From Nonlabens ponticola (lineage in GTDB: Bacteria; Bacteroidota; Bacteroidia; Flavobacteriales; Flavobacteriaceae): a DNA stretch of 32,000 nucleotides. Both the position numbers and the translations under genes were made by a program. The notes beneath the pieces were generated by a model that had not been told where the DNA came from, ran no database searches, and saw only the letters and a program-made list of their open reading frames with translations. This document shows, piece by piece, positions 21,087-31,108 of this stretch; the first letter of the stretch is position 1, and every line of letters begins with the position of its first letter. The stretch lies in the NCBI RefSeq assembly GCF_003966335.1, contig NZ_CP034549.1:2610001-2642000 (forward strand), in the 5' to 3' direction.

Positions 21087-23013
21087 TTACTTTGATCTCT
21101 CGACCATCGCGCAGGCTTTCCATCCATTCCTTTTCAAGCGCTTGCTGATAATCATTGATGACAGCACCACGAGATTCCTCAAAACTTTTAGGAGTTGGAT
21201 CTAGGATCTCATTTACCTTGATTACTTTATGAAATGCTGCATTGTCTTTCTTATAGATATCAGACACACCTTCTTTCACTTCAAAATCCTCTGGCAATCG
21301 TGAGTAATTTTGCTCAACGATACCTGTAGAAATCATGGTTTTAGTATTACCAGTACTGTTTATTTGAGCTTTTATCTCATCTACTGTTTTGCCTTGCTCT
21401 AGCAATTCTTGTACTTGCTGCGCGGTTTCCTCACTGGTATTTTGGGTAAGAATAAGGTCTAGTCGTTTCCCATAGCTGTATTTGTCTTTGTTATTCTCAT
21501 AAAATTCTCTCTGACCTAGAGAATCTGTTTTAGCTTTTTCCCAGACTTTCTCTTCCATCAATTCAAACAACAGCAGTCCTTCTTTATACTCATTTAGAAT
21601 AAATGCAAATTCCTTGTTATCACGATCAAGATTTGCCTCATAGTAATCCACAAGTGATCTGTCACTAAATTCTGTAAAATAAATCTTTATCTTATCCTCT
21701 AAAGACTTGAATTTGCGAGGATCTTTCAAATGACGCTTATAGGCATATTCCCAAAAATCACTGCGGTAGTAGGGCTTACCTTCTATGGTAAATAACGGCG
21801 CACGTTTTGTTTTCTCCAATGGTATTTCCCAACTACTAGTCATTATAGAATCCGTTATTAGTGGAAACTCCTTTGAGTAATTCTCGTATTTAGGAATCGT
21901 CACATTATATTTCTCTTTAATGCTATTTGTGAAAGACTCGGTAATCTTGCGAGAACGTGGTGAGCTTTTTATTTTATTTCTCAACGGTTCTTCTATCTTT
22001 TCATAAGGCGCAACAGGATGTTTCTCCAGTAATCTTATGATGTGCCAGCCGTATTCTGTTTTTATTGGTTTTGTGTAAGTTCCTAAGGTATCAAGTGCAA
22101 AGGCTGCTTCCTCAAATTCTGGAGAATTCAAGCCGCCAGTGCCAAATCTTCCTATGCGACCACCATTGCGCGAACTATTGATATCTTCAGAGAATTCTTT
22201 GGCCATATCGCCAAATTCTTTGCCAGACTCTAATTGCTCATAAACCATTCTTATGCGAGCCTCAGCATCTGCGCTATCGGCTGGTTTGCGATCGTATGTC
22301 ATAATGTGTGCAACTGCAACCTCACCTGGCGCTGGTCTTTTATCATTTACCTTGAGTACATGATAACCAAAGTCTGTTCTAAAGATATCTGAAACCTCAC
22401 CAACTGGTGTGTCAAAGGCTGCATTCTCAAAAGGATACACCATTCTAAATGCACCAAACCAGCCAATCTTACCATCTACACCAGCGCTAGGACCTTCACT
22501 CTCGTTGCGTGCCAGCTCGTCAAAGTCTGCACCTCTATCTAACTTGTTTTTAATCAATTTTATCTTGCTATAGGCCTTCAAAGTATCAGCTGGCGCAGCG
22601 TCCTTATCCACCTTTATCAAAATATGGCTCGCGTTGACTTCATTTATCGTTCTTTCATAGGCCTCCTTTATTAGCTCATCGGTCACCTCGTTGTCGGTGA
22701 GATAACCTTCGGCAAGAGTAGATCTATAGCTAGCTAGTTCTTCTTTATATTCCTCGTCATTATCCAGTCCCATTTCTTGAGCCTGCAGCAATTTGAGCCT
22801 GTAATTGATATACAGATCCATGTAATTGTCTAGATCCTTTTGTGACTCGTCTTGTACGATGTCAAGATTCTTGAGGTAAACACGCATAAAAGTTCCTGCG
22901 TCGTATTTATTACCGTCGATAGTGAGTAAGGTTTGATCCTCAAGTTTTTGAGCATTAGCGGTAATTGCTAACAACAAAATCATGGCATTCAAGCCTGTAA
23001 GTAGTTTCTTCAT
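21034..23013 (-). CDS. Peptidyl-prolyl isomerase with two parvulin domains (PpiD/SurA-like)
   Basis: Signal peptide and two rotamase signatures, DFGYHVLKVNDKRP and EYGWHIIRLLEKHP. 659 aa. Confidence 0.8.
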   Translation of the reverse strand: MKKLLTGLNAMILLLAITANAQKLEDQTLLTIDGNKYDAGTFMRVYLKNLDIVQDESQKDLDNYMDLYINYRLKLLQAQEMGLDNDEEYKEELASYRSTLAEGYLTDNEVTDELIKEAYERTINEVNASHILIKVDKDAAPADTLKAYSKIKLIKNKLDRGADFDELARNESEGPSAGVDGKIGWFGAFRMVYPFENAAFDTPVGEVSDIFRTDFGYHVLKVNDKRPAPGEVAVAHIMTYDRKPADSADAEARIRMVYEQLESGKEFGDMAKEFSEDINSSRNGGRIGRFGTGGLNSPEFEEAAFALDTLGTYTKPIKTEYGWHIIRLLEKHPVAPYEKIEEPLRNKIKSSPRSRKITESFTNSIKEKYNVTIPKYENYSKEFPLITDSIMTSSWEIPLEKTKRAPLFTIEGKPYYRSDFWEYAYKRHLKDPRKFKSLEDKIKIYFTEFSDRSLVDYYEANLDRDNKEFAFILNEYKEGLLLFELMEEKVWEKAKTDSLGQREFYENNKDKYSYGKRLDLILTQNTSEETAQQVQELLEQGKTVDEIKAQINSTGNTKTMISTGIVEQNYSRLPEDFEVKEGVSDIYKKDNAAFHKVIKVNEILDPTPKSFEESRGAVINDYQQALEKEWMESLRDGREIKVNERVFKKTKKAIAKKAA

Positions 23014-23044
23014 TTATCTTTTTCTTGCAGTTGGCAAAATTAGG

Positions 23045-23052
23045 TCTTTCCC
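23045..23052 (-). promoter_or_regulatory. Candidate -7 promoter box for the PPIase-moxR operon
   Basis: The plus strand reads CAAAATTA, which is TAATTTTG on the minus strand. It lies 32 nt upstream of the start at 23013. Confidence 0.35.
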
Positions 23053-23133
23053 GTAGTGTTTCAAAACGTGCGCAGTGCTGTAATATTTTACGATTTTTGT
23101 CAAGTTTCACCTCTGTTTACGTACCAATACCAC

Positions 23134-23610
23134 ATGATCGAGTCAAACCATCAAGTAACCATTCACCAACCTATTGATGTGGTAATGGACTTATTCAACA
23201 ATCAGTCCAATTTTAAACATTGGCAGCGAGGTCTGGTAGATTTTGAAAACATTACCAGTACGGTAGGGCAAGTAGGCAGTAAACGCAAATTGCGTATCAA
23301 GACGCCAGCTGGAATCATTAGTATGAACGAGACAATCACGCACCGCGATTTACCGCACCGTTGGGAAGCGACGTACCGTACAAAAGGAGTACTTAATAAG
23401 CAATGCAACAGCTTTCGCGAAAGCGTAACAACCACCAATGGCATACCACAAAAAGTAACCATCTGGAAGTCTCAAGCATCTTTTAAATTTACAGGTATGA
23501 TGCGACTTGTGTCTAAAGCAAGACCTCAACTATTTGAGAATCAAACGCTGCAATTTATGAAAGACTTTAAAGATTTTGCAGAAAATGGCACCTCTGTGAC
23601 GAGCGCATAA
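23134..23610 (+). CDS. SRPBCC (START/polyketide-cyclase-like) family protein
   Basis: ORF 23056..23610 trimmed to ATG 23134 (MIESNHQVTIHQPIDVVMDLF...W). Size and N-terminal pattern fit SRPBCC. Contains palindrome copy 7. Confidence 0.5.
   Translation: MIESNHQVTIHQPIDVVMDLFNNQSNFKHWQRGLVDFENITSTVGQVGSKRKLRIKTPAGIISMNETITHRDLPHRWEATYRTKGVLNKQCNSFRESVTTTNGIPQKVTIWKSQASFKFTGMMRLVSKARPQLFENQTLQFMKDFKDFAENGTSVTSA
23411..23424. repeat. Iterated palindrome copy 7 (inside SRPBCC CDS, read as F-R-E-S)
   Basis: Exact 14-nt match. The right arm keeps the consensus GCTTTCGCGAAAGCGtaac. Confidence 0.95.
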
Positions 23611-23689
23611 TAGCCTGCCGCCTTGGTTTAACTTGAGTTTAATAGGATATTGAGGGAAAGAAGTGATCATGCTGCCGTATTTTTAAGCA

Positions 23690-23926
23690 ATGAGAAAACT
23701 GAAACTTATCTGGGATTTTAAAGGTGAAGATGCAGAGCTGACCGCAAAACACCATCTAACGCACCTGCAGGAATACGTGCAGAAGGAAGAAGTCCAGGTC
23801 ATAACCTCAGGAATTGAACACATCACTGGTAAACATCACATTTGTTTTCTTGCCCTGCAAGAAGAGCACATGCCTCAAGTGCGTGACGCGTTAAAGCCTC
23901 ATCGCGGCCAATTATGGCAAGATTAA
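23690..23926 (+). CDS. Small hypothetical protein (78 aa)
   Basis: Clean ORF in a gene-sized gap with no competing ORF. No motif recognised. Confidence 0.45.
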   Translation: MRKLKLIWDFKGEDAELTAKHHLTHLQEYVQKEEVQVITSGIEHITGKHHICFLALQEEHMPQVRDALKPHRGQLWQD

Positions 23927-23936
23927 ACTTGTAATT

Positions 23937-24269
23937 ATGAATGTATCACAATGGACACAACAGCATTTTGTCGCTTATGTCCTACTCTACTGCTCGCGCG
24001 TTGATGTGTCAAATACAAAACTAGAACGAGATTACCTTAAACATCAACTGCAACCCTTAATCTATGACACTGTCTTCAATGAGATAGAAAAGGACACTGA
24101 TATAGAGGCTCTCAAAAAGATTCAAGGTTATGTAGATCATTATGAATTGAGCGAGGCTACTTTAAGTTCCTTATTTAGGGAAATTAGAGACCTGTTTACC
24201 AACAATGACGATCTAAATGTCATGGAAATGGAGGTACACAACATGTTGCGAAAATTATTGAAACAATGA
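23937..24269 (+). CDS. Hypothetical protein (110 aa), helical
   Basis: ORF lies 10 nt after the previous one and overlaps the next by 4 nt (ATGA), suggesting co-translation. No confident family assignment. Confidence 0.5.
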   Translation: MNVSQWTQQHFVAYVLLYCSRVDVSNTKLERDYLKHQLQPLIYDTVFNEIEKDTDIEALKKIQGYVDHYELSEATLSSLFREIRDLFTNNDDLNVMEMEVHNMLRKLLKQ

Positions 24270-25657
24270 GCGACACTCTAATTAGTAACTTTCAAAATAT
24301 TCTTGACGGTCAAAGAGTATTAATTGGTGAGTCCTTGAAACAGCGATACGATCATATCTGGCATATGAATACCTCGCTAGAAGCACTATGTTTATTGTTA
24401 CCGCAAACTACCGATGAAGTAAGTAAGATTCTTAATTTATGTAATGATCATGAACAAGAGGTGATCATTCACGGTGGCTTGACAAACCTTGTAGGCAGTA
24501 CACGCAGTAGCTCGCAGCAAGTAGTAATATCTCTTGAACGCATGGATGCCATTGAAGAAGTTGATATTGCGAGTCGCACGATCACTGTGCAGGCTGGTGT
24601 GATTTTAGAAAAAATTCATGATGCGGTTGAAGAGCATAATTTGTTGTTCCCATTAAATTTTGGCGCACGTGGCAGTGCTCAAATGGGTGGTATTATTGCA
24701 TCAAACGCTGGCGGTTTGAGAGTACTAAAATATGGTATGACCAGAGATCTAGTTCTAGGGATTGAAGCTGTCATGGCAGATGGTACCGTTATTAATTCAT
24801 TAAAAAAGATAATTAAAAACAATTCAGGCTATGATCTCAAACAGCTGTTTGTAGGATCAGAAGGAACGCTGGGAATCGTGACGCGTGCCGTGTTAAAACT
24901 TGTTGAAGCGCCTAGTAGTCGCAATGCCGCGTTTCTTGCCGTCGATGGTTACAAGGATGTCGTCAGACTACTCAAATTTTTTGACGCACATCTCGCAGGT
25001 AAACTAAGCGGCTTTGAATTGATTTGGGCAAATGCCTATAAGCAAATGACGAGTACTAGTGACGCCGTGCGGCCACCATTACCTTATGATTACCGCTATT
25101 ACATCCTTATAGAGTCACTGGGAAGCAACTATGAAAGAGATCAAGCAGAATTTCAAGCAGTACTTGAAACAGCCATTGTTCAAGAATTAGCGCTTGATGC
25201 TGTGATGGCGCAATCACCTAGCGATGTGGAATGGTTTTTTAGAATACGAGAAGATGTTAATAATCTGACTGATGGCATGACGCACGACCAGCATTTTGAC
25301 ATTAGCCTACCAGTATCCTTAATAGGAAAGTACATTGAAGAATGTTATGACAAACTATCCACAGTAAATGGTGTGGAACAGATCTATGCCTTTGGCCATG
25401 TTGCTGATGGTAATATTCATTTTATGATAGGCAAAGAATCACTGGACGAGAACCTCAAGCTCCAGATTAATGACATCATTTACAACGGATTACAAGACAT
25501 TGGTGGATCTGTAAGTGCAGAGCATGGTATCGGTATCGATAAGAAAGCGTACTTACAAATAAGTCGTACTCCTCAAGAGATTGAGCTGATGAGAGCGTTA
25601 AAGCGTAGTCTAGATCCTAATAACATTCTTAACCCTAGAAGGATTATCGACCTTTAA
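24266..25657 (+). CDS. FAD-linked oxidase (GlcD/D-lactate dehydrogenase-like)
   Basis: FAD_binding_4-type N-terminal domain (IHGGLTNLVGS...VQAGV) and C-terminal SAEHGIG...LDPNNILNP motifs. Confidence 0.8.
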   Translation: MSDTLISNFQNILDGQRVLIGESLKQRYDHIWHMNTSLEALCLLLPQTTDEVSKILNLCNDHEQEVIIHGGLTNLVGSTRSSSQQVVISLERMDAIEEVDIASRTITVQAGVILEKIHDAVEEHNLLFPLNFGARGSAQMGGIIASNAGGLRVLKYGMTRDLVLGIEAVMADGTVINSLKKIIKNNSGYDLKQLFVGSEGTLGIVTRAVLKLVEAPSSRNAAFLAVDGYKDVVRLLKFFDAHLAGKLSGFELIWANAYKQMTSTSDAVRPPLPYDYRYYILIESLGSNYERDQAEFQAVLETAIVQELALDAVMAQSPSDVEWFFRIREDVNNLTDGMTHDQHFDISLPVSLIGKYIEECYDKLSTVNGVEQIYAFGHVADGNIHFMIGKESLDENLKLQINDIIYNGLQDIGGSVSAEHGIGIDKKAYLQISRTPQEIELMRALKRSLDPNNILNPRRIIDL

Positions 25658-25675
25658 ATCTTAAGAATAAAAAAA

Positions 25676-25697
25676 GGCAAGAACTTAAGCTCTTGCC
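25676..25697. terminator. Bidirectional terminator hairpin
   Basis: ggcaagaac-ttaa-gctcttgcc (one mismatch), preceded by an A-run and followed by T-rich sequence. It lies between the convergent stops at 25657 and 25724. Confidence 0.6.
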
Positions 25698-25723
25698 TCT
25701 CTTCTTTTCATATTCAATGAAAC

Positions 25724-27058
25724 TTATTTCTTGATCAATTTGATAGTTGTTGATCCAGCTGCAGTATTCACTTTAGCCAAATAAACACCTTGAGCAAGAC
25801 CAGTATTATCGATACGTGCAACATTAGTCTCAACATCAAGACTTGAAACTTTATTACCTAGCAAAGAGTACACCTCTATTGATTGGATATCGTTGTTATC
25901 GCTTGTTATATTCCACTCGCTTGAAGATGGGTTGGGATACACCTTAAATCCTGCCGCTGCTATATCATTATTACTCGCTGTGCTTTGAGTTGAGAAAAAC
26001 AAGTTATCTACATAAACTAGAGCAGATCCAGATGGATCACCGGCAATAATAATTTGATTGATGTCTGAAAAGTTATCCATACCTGCTTCTTCAAAATCAG
26101 ATAAAGGAATGCTGACTGAATTCCATTCATTTAGGACAGGTGTTAAAGTCACTGTCGCCTCTGTATTGTTGGAGCCATCATCAAATCCATCGCCCTTAAA
26201 ATCCACCAACTTAAAGGCAAATGAAGTCATGTTAGGAGTCCATATATCAAAGTTTACAAATTGCATTCCTGCAGCTTCTAGATCGATTGCATTATCATCC
26301 AAGGTTTCAATACCAACAAATGTTAATGAAGAATATTTCAAAGTTGGGTTTGTCGCGATTTCTACCTGCTCAAAGTCTGCTTGACTAAATCCTGCTCTAA
26401 AAGTATTTACCGGCACATCATCGTACGCATCACTGAAGAGCGAGATTACATTATCAGAATCTGCAGTAGGTGCAGGTGCAGCCTCACTAGGTTCTGGATC
26501 TGGAACTACTGATCCACCATCGCCACCACCAGCAATATCATCAATAAAATAAGTGTTGCTGGTTGTAGCATTAAAGTCTGTAAAAAGAACAATTCTTGAG
26601 TACTTGTCCAGATTTACTTCTTGCTCCTGTGGGCATCCACCACAAAAAGGAAACGCGTTGCCAGCATTTGCGAAGTCTAGAGAAAATTCTTGCCACTCAC
26701 CATTTTGAGTCGCGGTAAATGGAACTTCAACAGCTGGAGAACCATCTGATGATCCAGCAAATTGTAATAGTCCTGGCATATCTGCCTCTACGGGATTCCA
26801 AAATCTGAAGGTGATAACAGTTTCATCGCCAGAAAAATCTACAAATTGGGCCAACTCCAGTTGAACATTGTCAAACTGTCCACCACCACCTATGATCTCA
26901 CCTACAGGATTGTCTTGATCCACAGGTCCTGGTACAATATTAAATACAGATCCAGCATCAGTAAATTCATCCTCAGGAACCGAGAAGTCGATAGGAAGAA
27001 CTTGCCCAAAGCAAAGTCCAGTTGCTAGCAAACTAGCTAAAAGAGTAATTTTTTTCAT
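25724..27058 (-). CDS. Secreted two-module putative glycan-binding protein with T9SS C-terminal sorting domain
   Basis: Signal peptide. C-terminal FKVYPNPSSS...GVYLAKV...IKLIKK is typical of a type-A T9SS CTD. The first module shares the W(E/Q)E..DF / Y(S/Q)(R/K)(V/I)(V/I)(V/I/L)F(F/T)DF / Y(Y/F)(F/I)D(D/E/N)I signature with the protein at 31109. Confidence 0.75.
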   Translation of the reverse strand: MKKITLLASLLATGLCFGQVLPIDFSVPEDEFTDAGSVFNIVPGPVDQDNPVGEIIGGGGQFDNVQLELAQFVDFSGDETVITFRFWNPVEADMPGLLQFAGSSDGSPAVEVPFTATQNGEWQEFSLDFANAGNAFPFCGGCPQEQEVNLDKYSRIVLFTDFNATTSNTYFIDDIAGGGDGGSVVPDPEPSEAAPAPTADSDNVISLFSDAYDDVPVNTFRAGFSQADFEQVEIATNPTLKYSSLTFVGIETLDDNAIDLEAAGMQFVNFDIWTPNMTSFAFKLVDFKGDGFDDGSNNTEATVTLTPVLNEWNSVSIPLSDFEEAGMDNFSDINQIIIAGDPSGSALVYVDNLFFSTQSTASNNDIAAAGFKVYPNPSSSEWNITSDNNDIQSIEVYSLLGNKVSSLDVETNVARIDNTGLAQGVYLAKVNTAAGSTTIKLIKK

Positions 27059-27103
27059 GATTAAATATTTAGAGTTATTGTATTAGTATGTAATCGTTTG
27101 TAA

Positions 27104-29413
27104 TTATTGAATTAATAAGAAATTGGTGCCCAATTGAGTCTTTGAAGAACCGCCTATCCAAACGTTGAATGTGCCGTCTTCAACAATCCAATTGCCATTA
27201 TTATCATAAAATCCTAGCTCATCTTTATCTAAAGTGAATGAAAGTTGCTTACTCTCACCTGGCTTCAAGGTGATTTTTTCAAATCCTTTTAGTTCTCTAA
27301 TAGGTCTAATAACCGATGCAAACTCATCCTGAATGTAAAGTTGAGCAATCTCAGTTCCTGCAACGTCGCCAGTATTTTTTAAAGTTGCCATCACCGTTAT
27401 TTTACCGTTGCTTGAATAATCGTTTAGCAACTTTATATCATTGTACTCAAAAGTTGTATAGCTAAGACCATGACCAAAAACGTACAATGGATCATTAGGC
27501 GCATCTTGATAATGCGACCAGAAAACCACGTCCTTGCCTGGCAATACTGGTCTACCAGTATTTTTGCGATTATAATATATAGGTGCTTGCCCTACATTCA
27601 CTGGAAAACTCATAGGCAGTTTTCCTGATGGATTGTAATCTCCATAAAGTACTTGAGCGATAGCATTACCAGATTGATTACCTAACTGCCAAGCTTCTAG
27701 GATAGCTGGTACATTTTCATCGGCCCATGATAATACCAATGGACGACCACTCGCGACGACTAAAACCACATCCTCATTAACCGCTTGAACTTGCTCTAGA
27801 AATTCTTGTTGTAATCCTGGTAGATCTAGTTGAGTTCTACTGCGACCTTCACCGCTTTGATAGCCATGTTCTCCTAGCATCATCACGACGACATCTGCAT
27901 TTTTTGCAGCCTTGAGCGCCGCGGCAGTTCCTGTGGTATCTGTTTCGTTGTATTGCACTTCCATCGCAAATGCGACGTCTTCTGTCACGAACCTTGGTCC
28001 ACGTTCAAAAGTCACTTGGTTTCCCTTATAACTTTTAAATCCTTCAACGAGACTGACCGCTGTGTTATCAATAGCTCCAATACGCCAGCTACCAAGGACA
28101 CTATTTTTATCAAAAGCGAGATCACCTAAAACTGCTATTTTTTGACCTGATTTTTTAAGTGGTAGTATGTTTTTATCATTCTTTAAAAGAACCATAGACT
28201 TCAACGCCATATCTAACGCGCCGTCCATCATCTCGTCGCTTCCAGTAACCGTTTTTTCTAGCTGCTCATTGCAATATTTGTAGGGATCATCAAATAGGCC
28301 TAATTCAAATTTTACCTTAAGAATACGACGTGCGGCATCATCGATTAGTGCCTCATCAACTTTACCTTCCTTAACTAATTCTTCTAGATGAGATTTATAA
28401 GCATAGGATTCCATATCCATATCACTACCGGCATTTACTGCTAGCCTCGCAGCATCTTTATTATCACGTGCATAATTATGAGCAATCATCTCCTTTATAG
28501 AACCCCAATCTGATACTACAAATCCGTTATAGTCCCATTGATCTTTGAGGATATCGCGCAATAAAAACTCGTTTGCCGTGGCAGGAATCCCATTTAGATC
28601 GTTAAAACTATTCATAAAGGTTCTTGCGCCGGCTTCTGCTGCTGCTTTGAATGGTGGCAAAACAATGTTGTATAGCGTTGATGTGCCAACGTCGGCCGTA
28701 TTATAATCGCGACCAGCCTCTGCAAAGCCGTAAGCCGCAAAGTGTTTTGCACATGCTGCAATGGTAAACTGATCTGCCAAGTCCTCACCTTGAAATCCAT
28801 TCACTCTTGCGGTAGCAATCTTGCTTCCTAAGTAAGGATCTTCACCAGCACCTTCCATCACGCGACCCCAGCGAGCATCTCTTGATATATCTACATTAGG
28901 GGCGAACGTCCAATTAAGACCAGCTACTGCCGCTTCCTTTGCTGCTAATCTTGATGCTTCTTGAATTGCTTCCAAATCCCAGCTTGCAGCCTCTGCTAAA
29001 GGAATAGGGCCCATGGTTTGATAACCGTGGATAACATCAAACCCAAAAATTAATGGTATGCCCAATCTGCTTTCCTCAACGGCTACTTTTTGAACCGCCC
29101 TTACATTCTTCACGCCACGTACATTGAGCATAGAACCTACCATACCATCACGGATATCTTGATACTTTGCAGATGCATCGCCCTGATCGGGAACAGGACC
29201 TGTAAAGTCCATGAATCCATTGTACTGATTCATTTGACCTATCTTCTCTTTCAAGGTCATCAATTGCATCACAGAATCTACCCGCAAATCCAGTGCTGAT
29301 TTTGCTTTATAGCTTATTGATAAGTTGCTGGTTGGTGACTTGACAACAGTCTTATCACTACAGGAAACTAACGCCGCTGTCAACGCTAGAAAACCAAAAA
29401 GGTATTTCTTCAT
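27104..29413 (-). CDS. bglX: Glycoside hydrolase family 3 beta-glucosidase (lipoprotein)
   Basis: Lipobox LVSCS, GFVVSDW nucleophile motif, 769 aa, C-terminal FnIII-like domain. Confidence 0.9.
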   Translation of the reverse strand: MKKYLFGFLALTAALVSCSDKTVVKSPTSNLSISYKAKSALDLRVDSVMQLMTLKEKIGQMNQYNGFMDFTGPVPDQGDASAKYQDIRDGMVGSMLNVRGVKNVRAVQKVAVEESRLGIPLIFGFDVIHGYQTMGPIPLAEAASWDLEAIQEASRLAAKEAAVAGLNWTFAPNVDISRDARWGRVMEGAGEDPYLGSKIATARVNGFQGEDLADQFTIAACAKHFAAYGFAEAGRDYNTADVGTSTLYNIVLPPFKAAAEAGARTFMNSFNDLNGIPATANEFLLRDILKDQWDYNGFVVSDWGSIKEMIAHNYARDNKDAARLAVNAGSDMDMESYAYKSHLEELVKEGKVDEALIDDAARRILKVKFELGLFDDPYKYCNEQLEKTVTGSDEMMDGALDMALKSMVLLKNDKNILPLKKSGQKIAVLGDLAFDKNSVLGSWRIGAIDNTAVSLVEGFKSYKGNQVTFERGPRFVTEDVAFAMEVQYNETDTTGTAAALKAAKNADVVVMMLGEHGYQSGEGRSRTQLDLPGLQQEFLEQVQAVNEDVVLVVASGRPLVLSWADENVPAILEAWQLGNQSGNAIAQVLYGDYNPSGKLPMSFPVNVGQAPIYYNRKNTGRPVLPGKDVVFWSHYQDAPNDPLYVFGHGLSYTTFEYNDIKLLNDYSSNGKITVMATLKNTGDVAGTEIAQLYIQDEFASVIRPIRELKGFEKITLKPGESKQLSFTLDKDELGFYDNNGNWIVEDGTFNVWIGGSSKTQLGTNFLLIQ

Positions 29414-29422
29414 TTCCTAGAT

Positions 29423-31096
29423 TTATTGGTAAACTCTTATGTAATCAACCTCCATCGTACTTTCAGTAAATGCAGGATCAATATCTCCTCCAAAATTTCC
29501 ACCCATCGCAATATTCATGATGATAAAAAAGTCTTTGTTGAAAGGAACCGCATCTGAATTTGCAACTTGATGAATTAATTCACCATCTACAAAAAACCTG
29601 ATAGTGTCCTCATTCCAGATGGTACGGTACGTATGAAATTCTGAAGATGCGTTTTCGATTTCTATCTCACCACCATCTGCATTGCCGCCTGAAGCGCCCG
29701 GTCTATGCACAGTAGCATAAATTGTATTTTGAGTATTACCTATGTGTTCCATGTAATCGATCTCACCTGCAGCTGGCCATGGGTTGGTCTGATAATCTGC
29801 TCCTAGAGACCAAATGGCTGGCCATGTGCCACCACCTTCTGGTAGTTTGGCGCTAAATTCTATTGTACCATATTGGAATTCAAAAAGACCTTCTGTTTTG
29901 ATACGTGATGATGTATATGATCTACCACCAAAGTCCTCATCTCGAGCCGTAATTTTCAATGTACCATTTGAAACTTCTATATTTTCAGTTCGATCAGTAT
30001 AGAATTGCTGCTCGTTGTTTCCCCAACCATCGGAACCTGTTCCCGTATCAAAAGTCCAGTTGGCAGGATTAGGCGCACCATCAACATCAAACTCATCAGA
30101 CCATACCAAGGTGCCTTCTGGCTCTCCTGAACCATCGCTGTTATCGTCACCACCTTGTTCTGCATTGGGATCATCCGTCGAGAACGTATGATACCATGCA
30201 AGATCTCCATTCATGATCCCACGTACCACCATTCTATTCTCGGTTAATTCAAGAATGTCATACACGCTAGTATTAATGTAATAACTCATAAAACCATCAT
30301 CACTAAAAGTCATAGTAGTTCCTCGTTTCTCGCTGTCTGGAACAATAGATTCTGATGGACTTAGAGTAACATTCTTTACGCCATCAGTATCAAAATCATA
30401 GCAGAAGTCAAATCCATTACTACCACCAACGACCGATTCAAATGCGCCGTTGAAATAAGTTTGACCAAAATTGTTCAATTGATAAACTAATTCCTCATCG
30501 TCATTTAAGCTAAAAACTAACTGATCTTCATAAAGACATAAGCTCTCGTCAGCTCCATTTTTTTCAAAAGGTGCCGCTTGATAGAATTGTGGGAAATTAT
30601 TGTTTCCATCTGTAGGGTCACCATTGTTAGGTCCAACTCCTAGATGTCCAGGTTCAGCTGCTGCCCAATACCATATTTTTGAGGAGCCGCCAGTCAATAA
30701 TTGTTTAGCATCGTTGTCTTCAAAAGCACTGAAAACTGTTACTTGAGTTGTTTGTGAAGTGGCTGCGCCACCAGTTCCTGTAGCCGTAACAGTTACAGTA
30801 TATGTATTTACACCTTGCTGGACATATCTATGTTCTAAATCACCATCTGATGAAAAAGAAGAGCGAGAGTCACCGAAACTATAAGTGTAATTCAAGGCGT
30901 TAGATGCATTTGCACTAAAGGTTACCACACCTGTACCATCACCATTAGGATTTTCATCATCTTCTCCTTGTACCTCAAATGACACGGATAAATCAGATGG
31001 TGCAACTACTGGCCCAAACTCTGTGTCATCATCCTGACAACCCAAAATGGTTACCGCAATAACCAGGAACCACCCTATTTTATTAAACATTTTCAT
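29423..31096 (-). CDS. GH16 endo-beta-1,3-glucanase (laminarinase-type) with N-terminal PKD-like domain, lipoprotein
   Basis: Lipobox ILGCQ. PKD-like VTFSANASNALNYTYSFGD...YTVTVTATG. GH16 catalytic motif GEIDYMEH. Confidence 0.85.
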   Translation of the reverse strand: MKMFNKIGWFLVIAVTILGCQDDDTEFGPVVAPSDLSVSFEVQGEDDENPNGDGTGVVTFSANASNALNYTYSFGDSRSSFSSDGDLEHRYVQQGVNTYTVTVTATGTGGAATSQTTQVTVFSAFEDNDAKQLLTGGSSKIWYWAAAEPGHLGVGPNNGDPTDGNNNFPQFYQAAPFEKNGADESLCLYEDQLVFSLNDDEELVYQLNNFGQTYFNGAFESVVGGSNGFDFCYDFDTDGVKNVTLSPSESIVPDSEKRGTTMTFSDDGFMSYYINTSVYDILELTENRMVVRGIMNGDLAWYHTFSTDDPNAEQGGDDNSDGSGEPEGTLVWSDEFDVDGAPNPANWTFDTGTGSDGWGNNEQQFYTDRTENIEVSNGTLKITARDEDFGGRSYTSSRIKTEGLFEFQYGTIEFSAKLPEGGGTWPAIWSLGADYQTNPWPAAGEIDYMEHIGNTQNTIYATVHRPGASGGNADGGEIEIENASSEFHTYRTIWNEDTIRFFVDGELIHQVANSDAVPFNKDFFIIMNIAMGGNFGGDIDPAFTESTMEVDYIRVYQ

Positions 31097-31108
31097 AGCT
31101 GTAATTTT

